The notes beneath the pieces were generated by a model. That model made no database searches, had not been told where the DNA came from, and was given only the letters and a program-made list of their open reading frames with translations. The position numbers were made by a program, and so were the translations under genes. Shown here piece by piece: positions 50,301 to 58,500 of a stretch of 64,000 bases of DNA; position 1 is the stretch's first letter, and each line of letters opens with the position of its first letter. The DNA comes from Octopus sinensis (lineage: Eukaryota): the NCBI RefSeq assembly GCF_006345805.1, contig NC_043001.1, positions 115,692,001-115,756,000 on the forward strand. The letters run 5' to 3'.

Positions 50301-50459
50301 TTTTACGATTAAAAGTTAATATTGAATTTGAAAGGAATTTTCGATTTTCATTCTCCAACCACACTTCTGGGGTAGGGTTTCCTTTTGCATTACAGTCTAT
50401 AATGGATGCTTGATTCTCAAATAATGTCACATTCTCTGGTGCAGTAATATCAGGTGGAT
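864..50459 (-). CDS. Spliced gene (3' portion): Ig-superfamily single-pass transmembrane receptor with a tyrosine-motif cytoplasmic tail; 5' exons not found in the window
   Basis: Ten exons read by eye, each with AG acceptor and (internal exons) GT/GC donor. Phases are compatible at every junction except Ig3 to TM. Junction codons give typical Ig linkers (LLK-Y-PPQV, KIP-V-RPMF). Confidence 0.85.
930..1290 (+). mobile_element. tRNA-derived SINE (octopus-type)
   Basis: tRNA-like head ggtgtggctgtg...gggtttcgtc, body gtggcaccttgggc...caaaatcttgtgaatggatttggta; related copies at 16003-16075 and 28500-28900. Confidence 0.7.
1393..1434 (-). CDS. 42-nt cytoplasmic exon MKISYVNVSRKPD (ISYVNV: ITIM consensus and Grb2-type YxN motif)
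   Basis: ttttttaaag acceptor, G|gtaagt donor, phase 1-1. Confidence 0.82.
1654..1713 (-). CDS. 60-nt cytoplasmic exon NEEQYAEASGPSYLELKPA (two Tyr)
   Basis: ttttttgaag acceptor, CAG|gtaagt donor, phase 1-1, open. Confidence 0.82.
3305..3560 (-). mobile_element. Mariner transposase N-terminal remnant, same family as 42106-43352
   Basis: Reverse complement aligns by eye with 42330-42490 (ttcaaaaatgg-aattttgacctc...agttcaatgaagag). Confidence 0.6.
4413..4504 (-). ncRNA. Second copy of the hammerhead in the PLE 3'UTR, with a 1-nt core deletion (CTGAAG-GAAAG), probably impaired
   Basis: Same as the 7109-7201 motif except for loss of A9 (+ strand 4481-4500 reads gtgtctttccttcaggaaga). Confidence 0.7.
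4799..4995. repeat. Two diverged tandem units of about 100 bp in the PLE 3'UTR
   Basis: Both units share gcggccg..agttggtaa..gctctacac/gcgctacac..tggtcactgctg..aaatccgtc..aaatattttatgtgt. Confidence 0.8.
5174..6934 (-). pseudogene. PLE RT (C-terminal half) + GIY-YIG endonuclease, one reading frame with a single in-frame TAG at 6044-6046
   Basis: ORFs 6044..6934 and 5174..5959 are in frame (84 nt between them); read-through gives KNLA*IIASHNNRLL. Confidence 0.9.
7109..7201 (+). ncRNA. Type I hammerhead ribozyme (minimal palindromic stem III), intact core, in the inverted pLTR
   Basis: CTGAAGA 7118-7124; stem II GAAAG-A-CACAAT / ATTGTG-C-CTTTC; GAAA 7180-7183; palindrome ACACGTGT 7183-7190; GUA cleavage triplet ending at 7191; stem I TTC/GAA plus TATT/AATA. 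Confidence 0.8.
7427..7468 (-). CDS. 42-nt cytoplasmic exon TENNYATIPDEAL (YxxI motif)
   Basis: ttttcttaaag acceptor, A|gtaagt donor, phase 1-1; peptide visible at the end of ORF 7413..7745. Confidence 0.82.
7794..8140 (-). mobile_element. tRNA-derived SINE; internally deleted paralog at 3987-4140, related copy at about 62140-62440
   Basis: Minus-strand head gtggaggtgcaatagcccagtggttagggcagc...gtttcaattccc; shared body catgaaattaacgtgcaag..gctgagcactccacagac. Confidence 0.7.
8166..9066 (+). mobile_element. RTE-clade LINE 3' end (RT C-terminus + 3'UTR + (GAT)n tail), inserted in (TA)n
   Basis: LYDACVRTAMLHGSETWAV...RRLRWYG..RM...GRGRPRKTW in ORFs 8078..8302 and 8318..8593; ends atgatgatgatgat. 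Confidence 0.9.
9258..9299 (-). CDS. 42-nt cytoplasmic exon TEDNYVTISDEAL (YxxI motif)
   Basis: ttttcttaaag acceptor, A|gtaagt donor, phase 1-1; paralogous to 7427-7468. Confidence 0.82.
9315..9510 (+). repeat. Dispersed repeat (Helitron-5'-like) with an inverted paralog at about 29100-29330
   Basis: tgtctgtctgtgtg...taaaacttgagaactacac...tattacgtgttaaaagtgaaac matches the reverse complement of 29100-29330. Confidence 0.65.
9900..10290 (-). mobile_element. Second Penelope-like remnant (GIY-YIG only), truncated at the Tc1 left end
   Basis: GLVYKT..YIGM..FK...ITWSII....KCKLYITEKLNII....LNIRDD..FPCMH (ORF 9910..10092 plus upstream frames). Confidence 0.75.
10297..11554 (+). mobile_element. Full-length degenerate Tc1-superfamily DNA transposon (Incomer/DD36E-like), 1258 bp
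   Basis: TIRs (g/c)aggggttggacaaaa(g/t)aatggaaa with TA on both sides (10295-96, 11555-56); frameshifted transposase MTDLLDFQRGQIV...PTVKHGGGS...FQDDNAPIH...PDLNIIEHLW from 10478. Confidence 0.9.
11640..12460 (+). mobile_element. Third Penelope-like remnant (RT thumb + GIY-YIG C-terminus), heavily degraded
   Basis: YIYILSNYPK...IRISSLSTNKDIFNNHAPHYNQA..ISGF (about 11795-11960) aligns with the thumb of the 4207-7250 element; LLNRFSDVILSCKHRF near 12395-12445. Confidence 0.65.
14693..14880. repeat. (TAG)n and derived trinucleotide microsatellite
   Basis: Perfect tagtagtag run of about 50 bp decaying into gta/gca/gtg triplets. Confidence 0.95.
15140..15890 (-). mobile_element. RTE 3'UTR/SINE copy with an internal VNTR of four 62-63-bp units (15313-15562) and a further unit at about 15826-15890
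   Basis: atgtgccaccgac recurs at 15318, 15381, 15443 and 15505; (CAT)n tail at 15142-15160; same UTR as 8600-9066. Confidence 0.85.
17235..17675 (+). mobile_element. R4/Dong-like non-LTR retrotransposon C-terminal remnant (CCHC knuckle + restriction-like endonuclease)
   Basis: AILEQETSTKYL...CRPC..DITHIISSCPK..SQYYLPIRYDVVA...EYWWNVPVK...KHNKPNIMI. Confidence 0.65.
18572..18609. repeat. Perfect 38-bp palindrome
   Basis: gttatacataagttattgt|acaataacttatgtataac equals its own reverse complement. Confidence 0.95.
19620..19636 (-). CDS. 17-nt microexon (R)TSSAK(G) converting phase 2 to phase 1
   Basis: tttaatag|GACTTCATCAGCAAAAG|gtaagt; phases exactly bridge the TM exon and the phase-1 tail exons. 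Confidence 0.7.
19800..20400 (-). mobile_element. R4/Dong-like non-LTR 3' end remnant
   Basis: Minus strand KVWGMKVKIILIITGALGMIKK...*KIALL*TAHILCKTL; adjacent (TAA)/(TGA) repeats at 19770-19800. Confidence 0.6.
20770..21760 (-). mobile_element. RTE-BovB-like LINE remnant with an inverted 5' part (+ strand 21460-21760)
   Basis: Minus strand: TKVKVYEAALLPMLLYACE...MPD..LP.RLVYSELMEGK; plus strand: DKFTSMVCQFH...VKKGCVLAPMLFS (RT domain, ORF 21482..21982). Confidence 0.7.
23830..25635 (+). mobile_element. Two degraded RTE LINE segments (3' end 23830-24530; internal 24690-25635)
   Basis: LYDAYV..VMLHGSETW...GRGRPRKMW and EPIEGPAIRVD..KAIKDMKA...QFRFCTWK-like RT entry. Confidence 0.75.
26261..26766 (+). 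mobile_element. Non-autonomous Helitron, 506 bp
   Basis: A|TC start at 26261; 3' hairpin acccatgcgtagagcgggt then CTAG (26763-26766) followed by T. Confidence 0.6.
27110..27450 (+). mobile_element. RTE APE-endonuclease fragment
   Basis: TIISAYAAQ...GDFNGHVG...GGYSFGSNNEEGTRMLEFCDANDLMVCNT.F...SQIDYIL. Confidence 0.8.
31480..31700 (+). mobile_element. Possible Neptune/Poseidon-type Penelope C-terminal remnant
   Basis: GEHIESCARNLNPNFLIFP...E..FINKYLPQLN resembles PLE GIY-YIG C-termini; degraded. Confidence 0.45.
32191..32297 (-). CDS. Transmembrane exon: KSKQEIPMEIIIGCTVGIVLLLIIMGSYLYILQKRR
   Basis: atcatctttcag acceptor, AG|gtttgt donor; a hydrophobic stretch of about 23 residues followed by a basic stop-transfer QKRR; phase 0-2. 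Confidence 0.85.
32400..34440 (-). mobile_element. Degraded RTE LINE (RT to 3'UTR)
   Basis: Antisense of ORF 33639..33893 reads LLFADDHAL...RVNLAKTKVL; HQGSVLSP motif at about 33905-33930; 3'UTR with (GAT)n at 32405-32420. Confidence 0.75.
34720..35880 (+). mobile_element. Degraded RTE LINE (RT to C-terminus)
   Basis: KAFDKVP...HQGSVLS...LLYADELVLIAE...KTKVL. Confidence 0.75.
39723..40031 (-). CDS. Exon, membrane-proximal Ig-like domain: RPMFSSGSNGPKQRNVSNGETVILKQCFYSHPKSDVKWQKN...DTYTLTVENSEGKETVVFTLRYK
   Basis: ttttttccaccag acceptor, A|gtaagt donor, 309 nt, phase 1-1; overlaps ORF 39691..40074. Confidence 0.9.
42106..43352 (+). mobile_element. Full-length degenerate mariner (DD34D), about 1.25 kb
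   Basis: TIR ttgggttggcaactaagttcct (right end 43352 followed by TA; diverged left end at about 42106); MECQVKRNEHFR..., MLCIWWDWEGIIHYELL, HDN..HPPYSPNLAPMDF; several stops. Confidence 0.9.
43526..44823 (-). mobile_element. Full-length mariner (DD34D), 1298 bp, transposase nearly intact
   Basis: 37-bp TIRs with 2 mismatches and TA on both sides (43524-25, 44824-25); ORFs 44447..44656 and 43672..44520 joined by a frameshift at a G/C homopolymer; WIPRLL, TQDETW, QDNAPVH, YSPDLAPSDF. Confidence 0.95.
44863..45111 (-). CDS. Exon, Ig domain: PPQVNIHISNEPNKIIISCTASGGNPANHKYELKQKWGNTIK...NTGTWECHVSNDDFLVIKSSNYKIP; non-canonical GC donor
   Basis: (TTTTA)n + taag acceptor; open for 249 nt, phase 1-1; B-strand Cys and TGxWxC motif; ends CCAG|gcaagt. 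Not in the ORF track. Confidence 0.88.
47341..47435. repeat. Perfect 25-bp inverted repeat with a 45-nt spacer (Tc1-TIR-like, inside-out)
   Basis: tgtcccatttttcatgggtgctgta ... tacagcacccatgaaaaatgggaca. Confidence 0.9.
49540..49810 (-). mobile_element. RTE-related SINE / 3'UTR copy
   Basis: (CAT)n + tttaacgtccactttccatgctggcatg...ctacagctggatgcctttcctaatgccaaccactc; other family members at 18690-18960, 25725-25900, 36850-37060, 39190-39505 and 55690-55860. Confidence 0.8.
50211..50459 (-). CDS. Exon, Ig domain (I-set/C2-like): PPDITAPENVTLFENQASIIDCNAKGNPTPEVWLEN...VFCSAIAK...INILLK
   Basis: Poly-T tract + tag acceptor, gtatgt donor, 249 nt, phase 1-1, C...W...C Ig pattern; overlaps ORF 50122..50430. 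Confidence 0.9.
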
Positions 50460-51581
50460 CTATAAAATAAAAAAAAAAAATAATTAATGAAATTTTTAAA
50501 TATCACACACTGAAAAATTTTGAAGAAACATCCTGAAACACTTTGCTATAAATTATTATGAAATTTGTTTAATTCTTTGAATCCTAACATTCTGTCAGGT
50601 GTGCCACAATACCAGCCATCTACATGAAAATCACAAAAACACTGAAAAAATAAAGCAAATTCAACCGGAAAAAATGTAATAAATATAATACTTTCTACTA
50701 TAGGTGCAAAGCCTGAAATTTGGGGGGGGGGGTAGCTACTGGATTACATTAACCTCAATGTTGAACTGGTATTTATTCTATCACTCTGAAAGGATGAAAG
50801 ACTAAGTCAACCTTTGCAGAATCTGAACTTTGAATGTAAAGACAAATGAAATACTGCTAAGCATTTTGTCTGGGGTACTAACGATGTATTAAATATAAAT
50901 TATGTTTAATTTGTCAAGAGATATCTTTCACATCACTCCCTTATATCTTCTGTCTTTGATCACCAAATTTTTCAGTAGTTATTATCTACTAGTGCAAATA
51001 AACAAGAATATATTCTTATCTTTCACACCCCAATCCTGTCCTCACTACCCTGCCCCTTGTAACAATGCCATCCTGTTGTCCCTCACCTCCTCTATATACC
51101 CAAGTTTCACCAGTCACCATATTCCCCTTCCCCCTGCTCTCAGCATTCAAGTCAAGTCCATCCTTCCTGCTCATGCACCCTTGGAAATATTCTACCATCC
51201 CATTTGTATTTTGATCCCTTTAACTTGAGGTATGCCTTGGCACTTCATCATCACTCTCTCTCTCTATCTCTCTCTCACCTTTCTCACTCTCGCTCTTTCT
51301 CACCCTTTTCTCTCATGTTCTCTCACACTCTCACTCTCTTCCAGTCTCTCTCTCATTCTTGATCTTTCATCTCTCTTCTCTCTCTTGGTCTCTCCCTCTG
51401 ACTGGATAACCATGTATCTCCTCTACACCAACATACCAGTTTCTGTCCCTTTGTCACACTATAACCTCTCATCACCTGACACAAACCCACCTCCTCCAAT
51501 ACACCCTCCCCTCAGAAGATCTTTGTGTAGTGAATTACTGAATGACTCCAGCAGATCTGGTGCCAAATAAAAAGCATCCAG

Positions 51582-54500
51582 TTCACGTTGTAAAGTGGTT
51601 GGTGTTTGGAAAGGCATCCAGCTGTAAAAACCATGCCAAAACAGACCTTGCTGGTGCTGGTGTCCCGCAAAATGCACTGTCCACTTTGTAAGGTGGTTGG
51701 TGTTAGGAAGAGCATCCAGCTGTAAAAACCATGCCAAAACAGACCTTGCTGGTGCTGGTGTCCTGCAAAATGCACTGTCCACTTTGTAAGGTGGTTGGTG
51801 TTAGGAAGAGCATCCAGCTGTAAAAGCCATGCCAAAACAGACCTTGCTGGTGCTGGTGTCCTGCAAAATGCACTGTCCACTTTGTAAGGTGGTTGGTGTT
51901 AGGAAGAGCATCCAGCTATAAAGGCCATGCCAAAACAGACCTTGCTGGTGCTGGTGTCCTGCAAAATGCACTGTCCACTTTGTAAGGTGGTTGGTGTTAG
52001 GAAGAGCATCCAGCTATAAAAGCCATGCCAAAACAGACCTTGCTGGTGCTGGTGTCCCGCAAAATGCACTGTCCACTTTGTAAGGTGGTTGGTGTTAGGA
52101 AGAGCATCCAGCTGTAAAAACCATGCCAAAACAGACCTTGCTGGTGCTGGTGTCCTGCAAAATGCACTGTCCACTTTGTAAGGTGGTTGGTGTTAGGAAG
52201 AGCATCCAGCTGTAAAAACCATGCCAAAACAGACCTTGCTGGTGCTGGTGTCCTGCAAAATGCACTGTCCACTTTGTAAGGTGGTTGGTGTTAGGAAGAG
52301 CATCCAGCTGTAAAAACCATGCCAAAACAGACCTTGCTGGTGCTGGTGTCCTGCAAAATGCACTGTCCACTTTGTAAGGTGGTTGGTGTTAGGAAGAGCA
52401 TCCAGCTGTAAAAGCCATGCCAAAACAGACCTTGCTGGTGCTGGTGTCCTGCAAAATGCACTGTCCACTTTGTAAGGTGGTTGGTGTTAGGAAGAGCATC
52501 CAGCTGTAAAAACCATGCCAAAACAGACCTTGCTGGTGCTGGTGTCCTGCAAAATGCACTGTCCACTTTGTAAGGTGGTTGGTGTTAGGAAGAGCATCCA
52601 GCTGTAAAAGCCATGCCAAAACAGACCTTGCTGGTGCTGGTGTCCTGCAAAATGCACTGTCCACTTTGTAAGGTGGTTGGTGTTAGGAAGAGCATCCAGC
52701 TGTAAAAACCATGCCAAAACAGACCTTGCTGGTGCTGGTGTCCTGCAAAATGCACTGTCCACTTTGTAAGGTGGTTGGTGTTAGGAAGAGCATCCAGCTG
52801 TAAAAGCCATGCCAAAACAGACCTTGCTGGTGCTGGTGTCCTGCAAAATGCACTGTCCACTTTGTAAGGTGGTTGGTGTTAGGAAGAGCATCCAGCTGTA
52901 AAAACCATGCCAAAACAGACCTTGCTGGTGCTGGTGTCCTGCAAAATGCACTGTCCACTTTGTAAGGTGGTTGGTGTTAGGAAGAGCATCCAGCTGTAAA
53001 AACCATGCCAAAACAGACCTTGCTGGTGCTGGTGTCCTGCAAAATGCACTGTCCACTTTGTAAGGTGGTTGGTGTTAGGAAGAGCATCCAGCTGTAAAAA
53101 CCATGCCAAAACAGACCTTGCTGGTGCTGGTGTCCTGCAAAATGCACTGTCCACTTTGTAAGGTGGTTGGTGTTAGGAAGAGCATCCAGCTGTAAAAGCC
53201 ATGCCAAAACAGACCTTGCTGGTGCTGGTGTCCTGCAAAATGCACTGTCCACTTTGTAAGGTGGTTGGTGTTAGGAAGAGCATCCAGCTGTAAAAACCAT
53301 GCCAAAACAGACCTTGCTGGTGCTGGTGTCCTGCAAAATGCACTGTCCACTTTGTAAGGTGGTTGGTGTTAGGAAGAGCATCCAGCTGTAAAAACCATGC
53401 CAAAACAGACCTTGCTGGTGCTGGTGTCCTGCAAAATGCACTGTCCACTTTGTAAGGTGGTTGGTGTTAGGAAGAGCATCCAGCTGTAAAAACCATGCCA
53501 AAACAGACCTTGCTGGTGCTGGTGTCCTGCAAAATGCACTGTCCACTTTGTAAGGTGGTTGGTGTTAGGAAGAGCATCCAGCTGTAAAAACCATGCCAAA
53601 ACAGACCTTGCTGGTGCTGGTGTCCTGCAAAATGCACTGTCCACTTTGTAAGGTGGTTGGTGTTAGGAAGAGCATCCAGCTGTAAAAACCATGCCAAAAC
53701 AGACCTTGCTGGTGCTGGTGTCCTGCAAAATGCACTGTCCACTTTGTAAGGTGGTTGGTGTTAGGAAGAGCATCCAGCTGTAAAAACCATGCCAAAACAG
53801 ACCTTGCTGGTGCTGGTGTCCTGCAAAATGCACTGTCCACTTTGTAAGGTGGTTGGTGTTAGGAAGAGCATCCAGCTGTAAAAGCCATGCCAAAACAGAC
53901 CTTGCTGGTGCTGGTGTCCTGCAAAATGCACTGTCCACTTTGTAAGGTGGTTGGTGTTAGGAAGAGCATCCAGCTGTAAAAACCATGCCAAAACAGACCT
54001 TGCTGGTGCTGGTGTCCTGCAAAATGCACTGTCCACTTTGTAAGGTGGTTGGTGTTAGGAAGAGCATCCAGCTGTAAAAACCATGCCAAAACAGACCTTG
54101 CTGGTGCTGGTGTCCTGCAAAATGCACTGTCCACTTTGTAAGGTGGTTGGTGTTAGGAAGAGCATCCAGCTGTAAAAGCCATGCCAAAACAGACCTTGCT
54201 GGTGCTGGTGTCCTGCAAAATGCACTGTCCACTTTGTAAGGTGGTTGGTGTTAGGAAGAGCATCCAGCTGTAAAAACCATGCCAAAACAGACCTTGCTGG
54301 TGCTGGTGTCCTGCAAAATGCACTGTCCACTTTGTAAGGTGGTTGGTGTTAGGAAGAGCATCCAGCTGTAAAAACCATGCCAAAACAGACCTTGCTGGTG
54401 CTGGTGTCCCGCAAAATGCACTGTCCACTTTGTAAGGTGGTTGGTGTTAGGAAGAGCATCCAGCTGTAAAAGCCATGCCAAAACAGACCTTGCTGGTGCT

Positions 54501-55074
54501 GGTGTCCTGCAAAATGCACTGTCCACTTTGTAAGGTGGTTGGTGTTAGGAAGAGCATCCAGCTGTAAAAGCCATGCCAAAACAGACCTTGCTGGTGCTGG
54601 TGTCCTGCAAAATGCACTGTCCACTTTGTAAGGTGGTTGGTGTTAGGAAGAGCATCCAGCTGTAAAAACCATGCCAAAACAGACCTTGCTGGTGCTGGTG
54701 TCCTGCAAAATGCACTGTCCACTTTGTAAGGTGGTTGGTGTTAGGAAGAGCATCCAGCTGTAAAAACCATGCCAAAACAGACCTTGCTGGTGCTGGTGTC
54801 CTGCAAAATGCACTGTCCACTTTGTAAGGTGGTTGGTGTTAGGAAGAGCATCCAGCTGTAAAAGCCATGCCAAAACAGACCTTGCTGGTGCTGGTGTCCT
54901 GCAAAATGCACTGTCCACTTTGTAAGGTGGTTGGTGTTAGGAAGAGCATCCAGCTGTAAAAACCATGCCAAAACAGACCTTGCTGGTGCTGGTGTCCTGC
55001 AAAATGCACTGTCCACTTTGTAAGGTGGTTGGTGTTAGGAAGAGCATCCAGCTATAAAAGCCATGCCAAAACAG
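51582..55074 (+). repeat. 98-bp minisatellite, about 35.6 copies, expanded inside an RTE-related SINE (about 51480-55180)
   Basis: ccactttgtaagg at 51681 and 55013 is exactly 34 x 98 apart, so no net indels; unit is 47/98 GC; the SINE 3' end and (GAT)n resume at 55075-55180. Confidence 0.98.
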
Positions 55075-55903
55075 AAAGTGATGCCTGGTGCCAGCTTCTG
55101 GCTTGCTAGATCCAGTCAAACTGTCCAACTCATGCCAGCATGGAAAACGGATGTTAAATGACAATGAAGATGATGATGATATTCATTCTCACAATTATAA
55201 TCAGAATATGATGCATTTATCTTTGATATATTATCTTTTTGATAGAGAATTTCTTTGTGTTGACCAACCTCTCTTCATGTGACGTATCTATTGCTGGCAG
55301 ATCCCAAGCATTCTATCAATAGTCTCTGCACAAAAGGCTTCTTGAAGTAAATTTTACAAGAGAAACTATAAAAATAAGCTTTGAGTATTTGGCAACAATT
55401 AAATAAAACAAGAACTACACATGAATTATACATAAAGCTATTGGAGGGCCTTTATACAGTGGCTCAACCTGCCTGAAATAGAAGCTAAATTTCCTTTACA
55501 TCATTCCTTGTATTAAATACACTATGTTTGAAAAAATAGTGTAGGACAAAAGTCCCTCGGACATGTTAACTGTTGTAACTATTTTAAGTAGGCAATGATT
55601 GTAAGAGAGAAAATATATGTCATTTATTTATTTTAGTGTCATACTAAGTAAAATTACTGTCTTCCATACATAGTCTTCTTCTTTCAGGTGCAAATGACAC
55701 ATAGTAAACAACCAACACATTCTGTTAAGTGGTTGGCATTAGGAAAGGCATTCACTTGTACAAACCATGCCATAACAAACAACTGGAATCTGGCCAATTG
55801 GCAAGTTCCATGTCAAACAGTCCAACCCACAGCAAGGAAAATGTAAGTTAAATGACAATGATAGTGTATATATATATATACATATATATATGTATATATA
55901 TAT

Positions 55904-56059
55904 ATTGAAAGACTTCGCCAGGTGGTGCTATTAAGTTAGACATGGCCTGGGCCAATACTGGCCAAAACCTTTCTAAGTTATTCTAAGTTTTTGGCCAGTA
56001 TTGGCCCAGGCCATGTCTAACTTAATAGCACCACCTACCACTTGGCGAAGTCTTTCAAT
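55904..56059. repeat. Foldback inverted repeat at the CR1 3' end (arms 55904-55967 and 55989-56059, 21-nt loop)
   Basis: The left arm is the reverse complement of the right arm apart from a 7-nt gap. Confidence 0.95.
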
Positions 56060-57560
56060 TCAGGATTTGGGCACCAAGGCCCATTCGAGCAGAGAGTTAT
56101 TGTTTGCGGAGACATATCCGAGTGTGGGTGGTTTGTCCGGGACTGTTTGAAGGAATTTGTCCAAAGACTTCTTGAATTTTGTGTGGTCAGTTTCTTTTTT
56201 GACGTGTCCTGGTGTAATGTTGAAGAGAGCGGGTCCAATTGAGGTGAAATAGTTGTGCCGTATTGTCGTTATGTGATGCGATTTAGATTTTTGTTGTGGA
56301 CGGATGGCACGTGGTCCAAGCCTTGGATGTATTTTGAAGGTGATGCCAACATCATTCGGACAGTGCTGATGGAATATTTTCCACATCATACAGATAATGT
56401 AGCGTTCACGGCGTCGTTGGAGTGAATACAATTTCAGCTTCTTTAGTCTACCCCAGTAGTCAAGGTCTGACATGCCATCTATCTTTTTTGTGATTGACCT
56501 TTGGGGAGCTTCAATTCTCATAATATTTTGTTTTGTGTAGGGAGACCACAGTGGACAGCAGTATTCAAGGTGGGGTTGGGCAAAAGTGGAGAAGAGAAGG
56601 ATAATAGTGAGGGAATCTCTCGACTGGAAGGTTCTGAGAATCCAGGAACACATTCTGCGGGCCATGTCAACTTTGCTGCTTATATGTGTAGCCCAGCTTA
56701 TGTTGTTGTCCACTGTTACTCCCAAGTCTCTGATGTTGTTGGATTCCATGAGAATTTCTCCAGAAGGAAGAGAGTATGGGAGTTTCAGAGCGTCCTCCCT
56801 TCCAAAGTGGATCAGTTCGAATTTGTCTTCATTTAGCAACATGTTATTCTTTTCTGCCTATTGGACAACAGCCAGTAGGTCTGACTGAAGGTTTATTCGG
56901 TCATCCACGCCATTAATGACCTTCTGGAGCTTGGAATCATCAGCGAAGGTTCTGATGTTACTGTGTTTGATGGTGTCAGTAATATCATTTATGTAGATGA
57001 TGAAGAGAAGTGGGCCCAACACAGTGCCTTGTGGGACACCACTGCTGACTTTGGCTGGGCTGGATTTGACTCCTTCGACTACAACATGTTGGGTTCTGTT
57101 AGACAGGAAGCACTTGATCCACTGCAGCAGCTTTCCAGTGACACCAGTATTGGACAGCTTTCTCAGAAGGATCTTATGATCAACCCTGTCAAAGACCTTG
57201 CTGAAATCAAGGTAGATGACATCAGTGTTGGAACCCTCTCCCAAGGCTCTCAAAATGTCATCAAAATGATGCAGTAGCTGCGTCAGGCAATCTCTTCCAT
57301 TACGGAATCCATGCTGGTTGGGGTTCAGCATATTATGACTCTCAAGGAAGTGAGTCATACGCGATCTCAGCACTCTCTCAAATACCTTAAAGATATGAGA
57401 GGTGAGAGATTGGACGGTAATTCACGGCAAGCGATTTGTTTCCTTTTTTGAAAACTGGGACAACAGACTGGGATAGAAGGTCTTCTGGTATATATCCAGC
57501 ATCCAGTGAGTTCCGCCACAGATTGGCTAGAGGGGGTGCAAGTTGGTTTTGACACATCTT
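55970..57560 (-). mobile_element. 5'-truncated CR1-clade LINE, RT region with one nonsense codon
   Basis: QHGFRNGR..YLDFSKVFDRVDH..SGVPQGTVLGPLLFIIYIND..FADDSKL; ORFs 56858..57373 and 56060..56842 are in frame across a TAG; HLEYCCPLWSP. Confidence 0.92.
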
Positions 57561-57564
57561 CCAT

Positions 57565-57880
57565 GCAGCTCTGAAGACCGTTTTTGTAGAAGACCCCAGC
57601 TTGGTCCTCCAACCACGACGTGACTTTAGAAATCAAGGCTGCATCATCTGGGAAACGCTTTCCTTTCAAAAATAACTTCATGGCTGGGAAGAGGTGAAAA
57701 TCAGAGGGTGCAAGGTCAGGAGAGTAGGGGGGATGAGTTCATAGCCGCATGCCTGTGCTTCTGATCTGGCGACACGCGAGTTGTGGATCGGAGCGTTGTC
57801 CTGCAGGAGGAGGATGCCTTTGCTGATCTTGCCCCGCCTCTTGATTTTGATAGCTTCTCTTAATTTCCTCAAAAGTGAAG
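57565..57880 (-). mobile_element. Fragment of the same mariner family as 43526-44823
   Basis: RKLREAIKIKRRGKISKGILLLQDNAPIH...KGKRFPDDAALIS is near-identical to 43672-43980. Confidence 0.9.
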
Positions 57881-58500
57881 CACTGTGATGAACCTGGATC
57901 TTCGAAAAAAGTTCCTTATTTATTGAGTCAACTTGAGTTAAATGATTTAGTTAGAGACTTGGGTTTAACAAAAGAAAAGTCAGAACTACTGGGCTCCAGG
58001 TTGAAACAATGGAATCTTTTACACCATGTTATAAAATATTCGTACTTTCAAAACGGCGTACAGAATTGCATGTAAGATTAAAGGAGATGTATGAATCAAT
58101 GGAAAAAATTTTGCACTTGATTAAATATTCTGAACACAAGTGGAATATATGCAGGGACTTGAAAGTTATTGGTTTGCTTCTTGGGTTGCAAATGGGGTAT
58201 GTAAAGCATTAGGGGCTTTTTGTGCCTTTAGAACAGCAGAGATGACAAGCATCACTATAATCAAAAACAGTGGCCAAAGTGAAGTGAATTCACTCCAGGG
58301 AGATACAACATTAAATATATCCCTTTAGTTGACCTTCAGAAAAATTTTCCTTCATCCCTTACACATTAAATTTGGCTTGTTTAAGAATTTTGTTATGGCC
58401 ATGAATGTAGACAGTGAAGGATTCAAATATCTCAGTGAAAAATTTGTTTCTAGCATGAGTGAAGCTAAAATCAAAGCTAGTGGACAAGATATCTCAAGAA
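57880..58500 (+). mobile_element. Chapaev3 (CMC)-like transposase remnant with internal deletion
   Basis: PYLLSQLELNDLVRDLGLTKEKSELLGSRLKQWNLL; IKYSEHKWNICRDLKVIGLLLG; HPLHIKFGLFKNFV. Confidence 0.7.

Noticed and set aside
51582-55074. Array as CRISPR or as a tandem-ribozyme (retrozyme) element
   Set aside because: There are no unique spacers and no cas genes, and the context is eukaryotic. Neither strand of the unit contains CTGA, so there is no hammerhead core.
51459-55164. About 35 near-identical 91-aa ORFs (MDSAFCRTPAPAR...)
   Set aside because: Artefact of a 98-bp period (not a multiple of 3) in a SINE-derived minisatellite; no domain signal.
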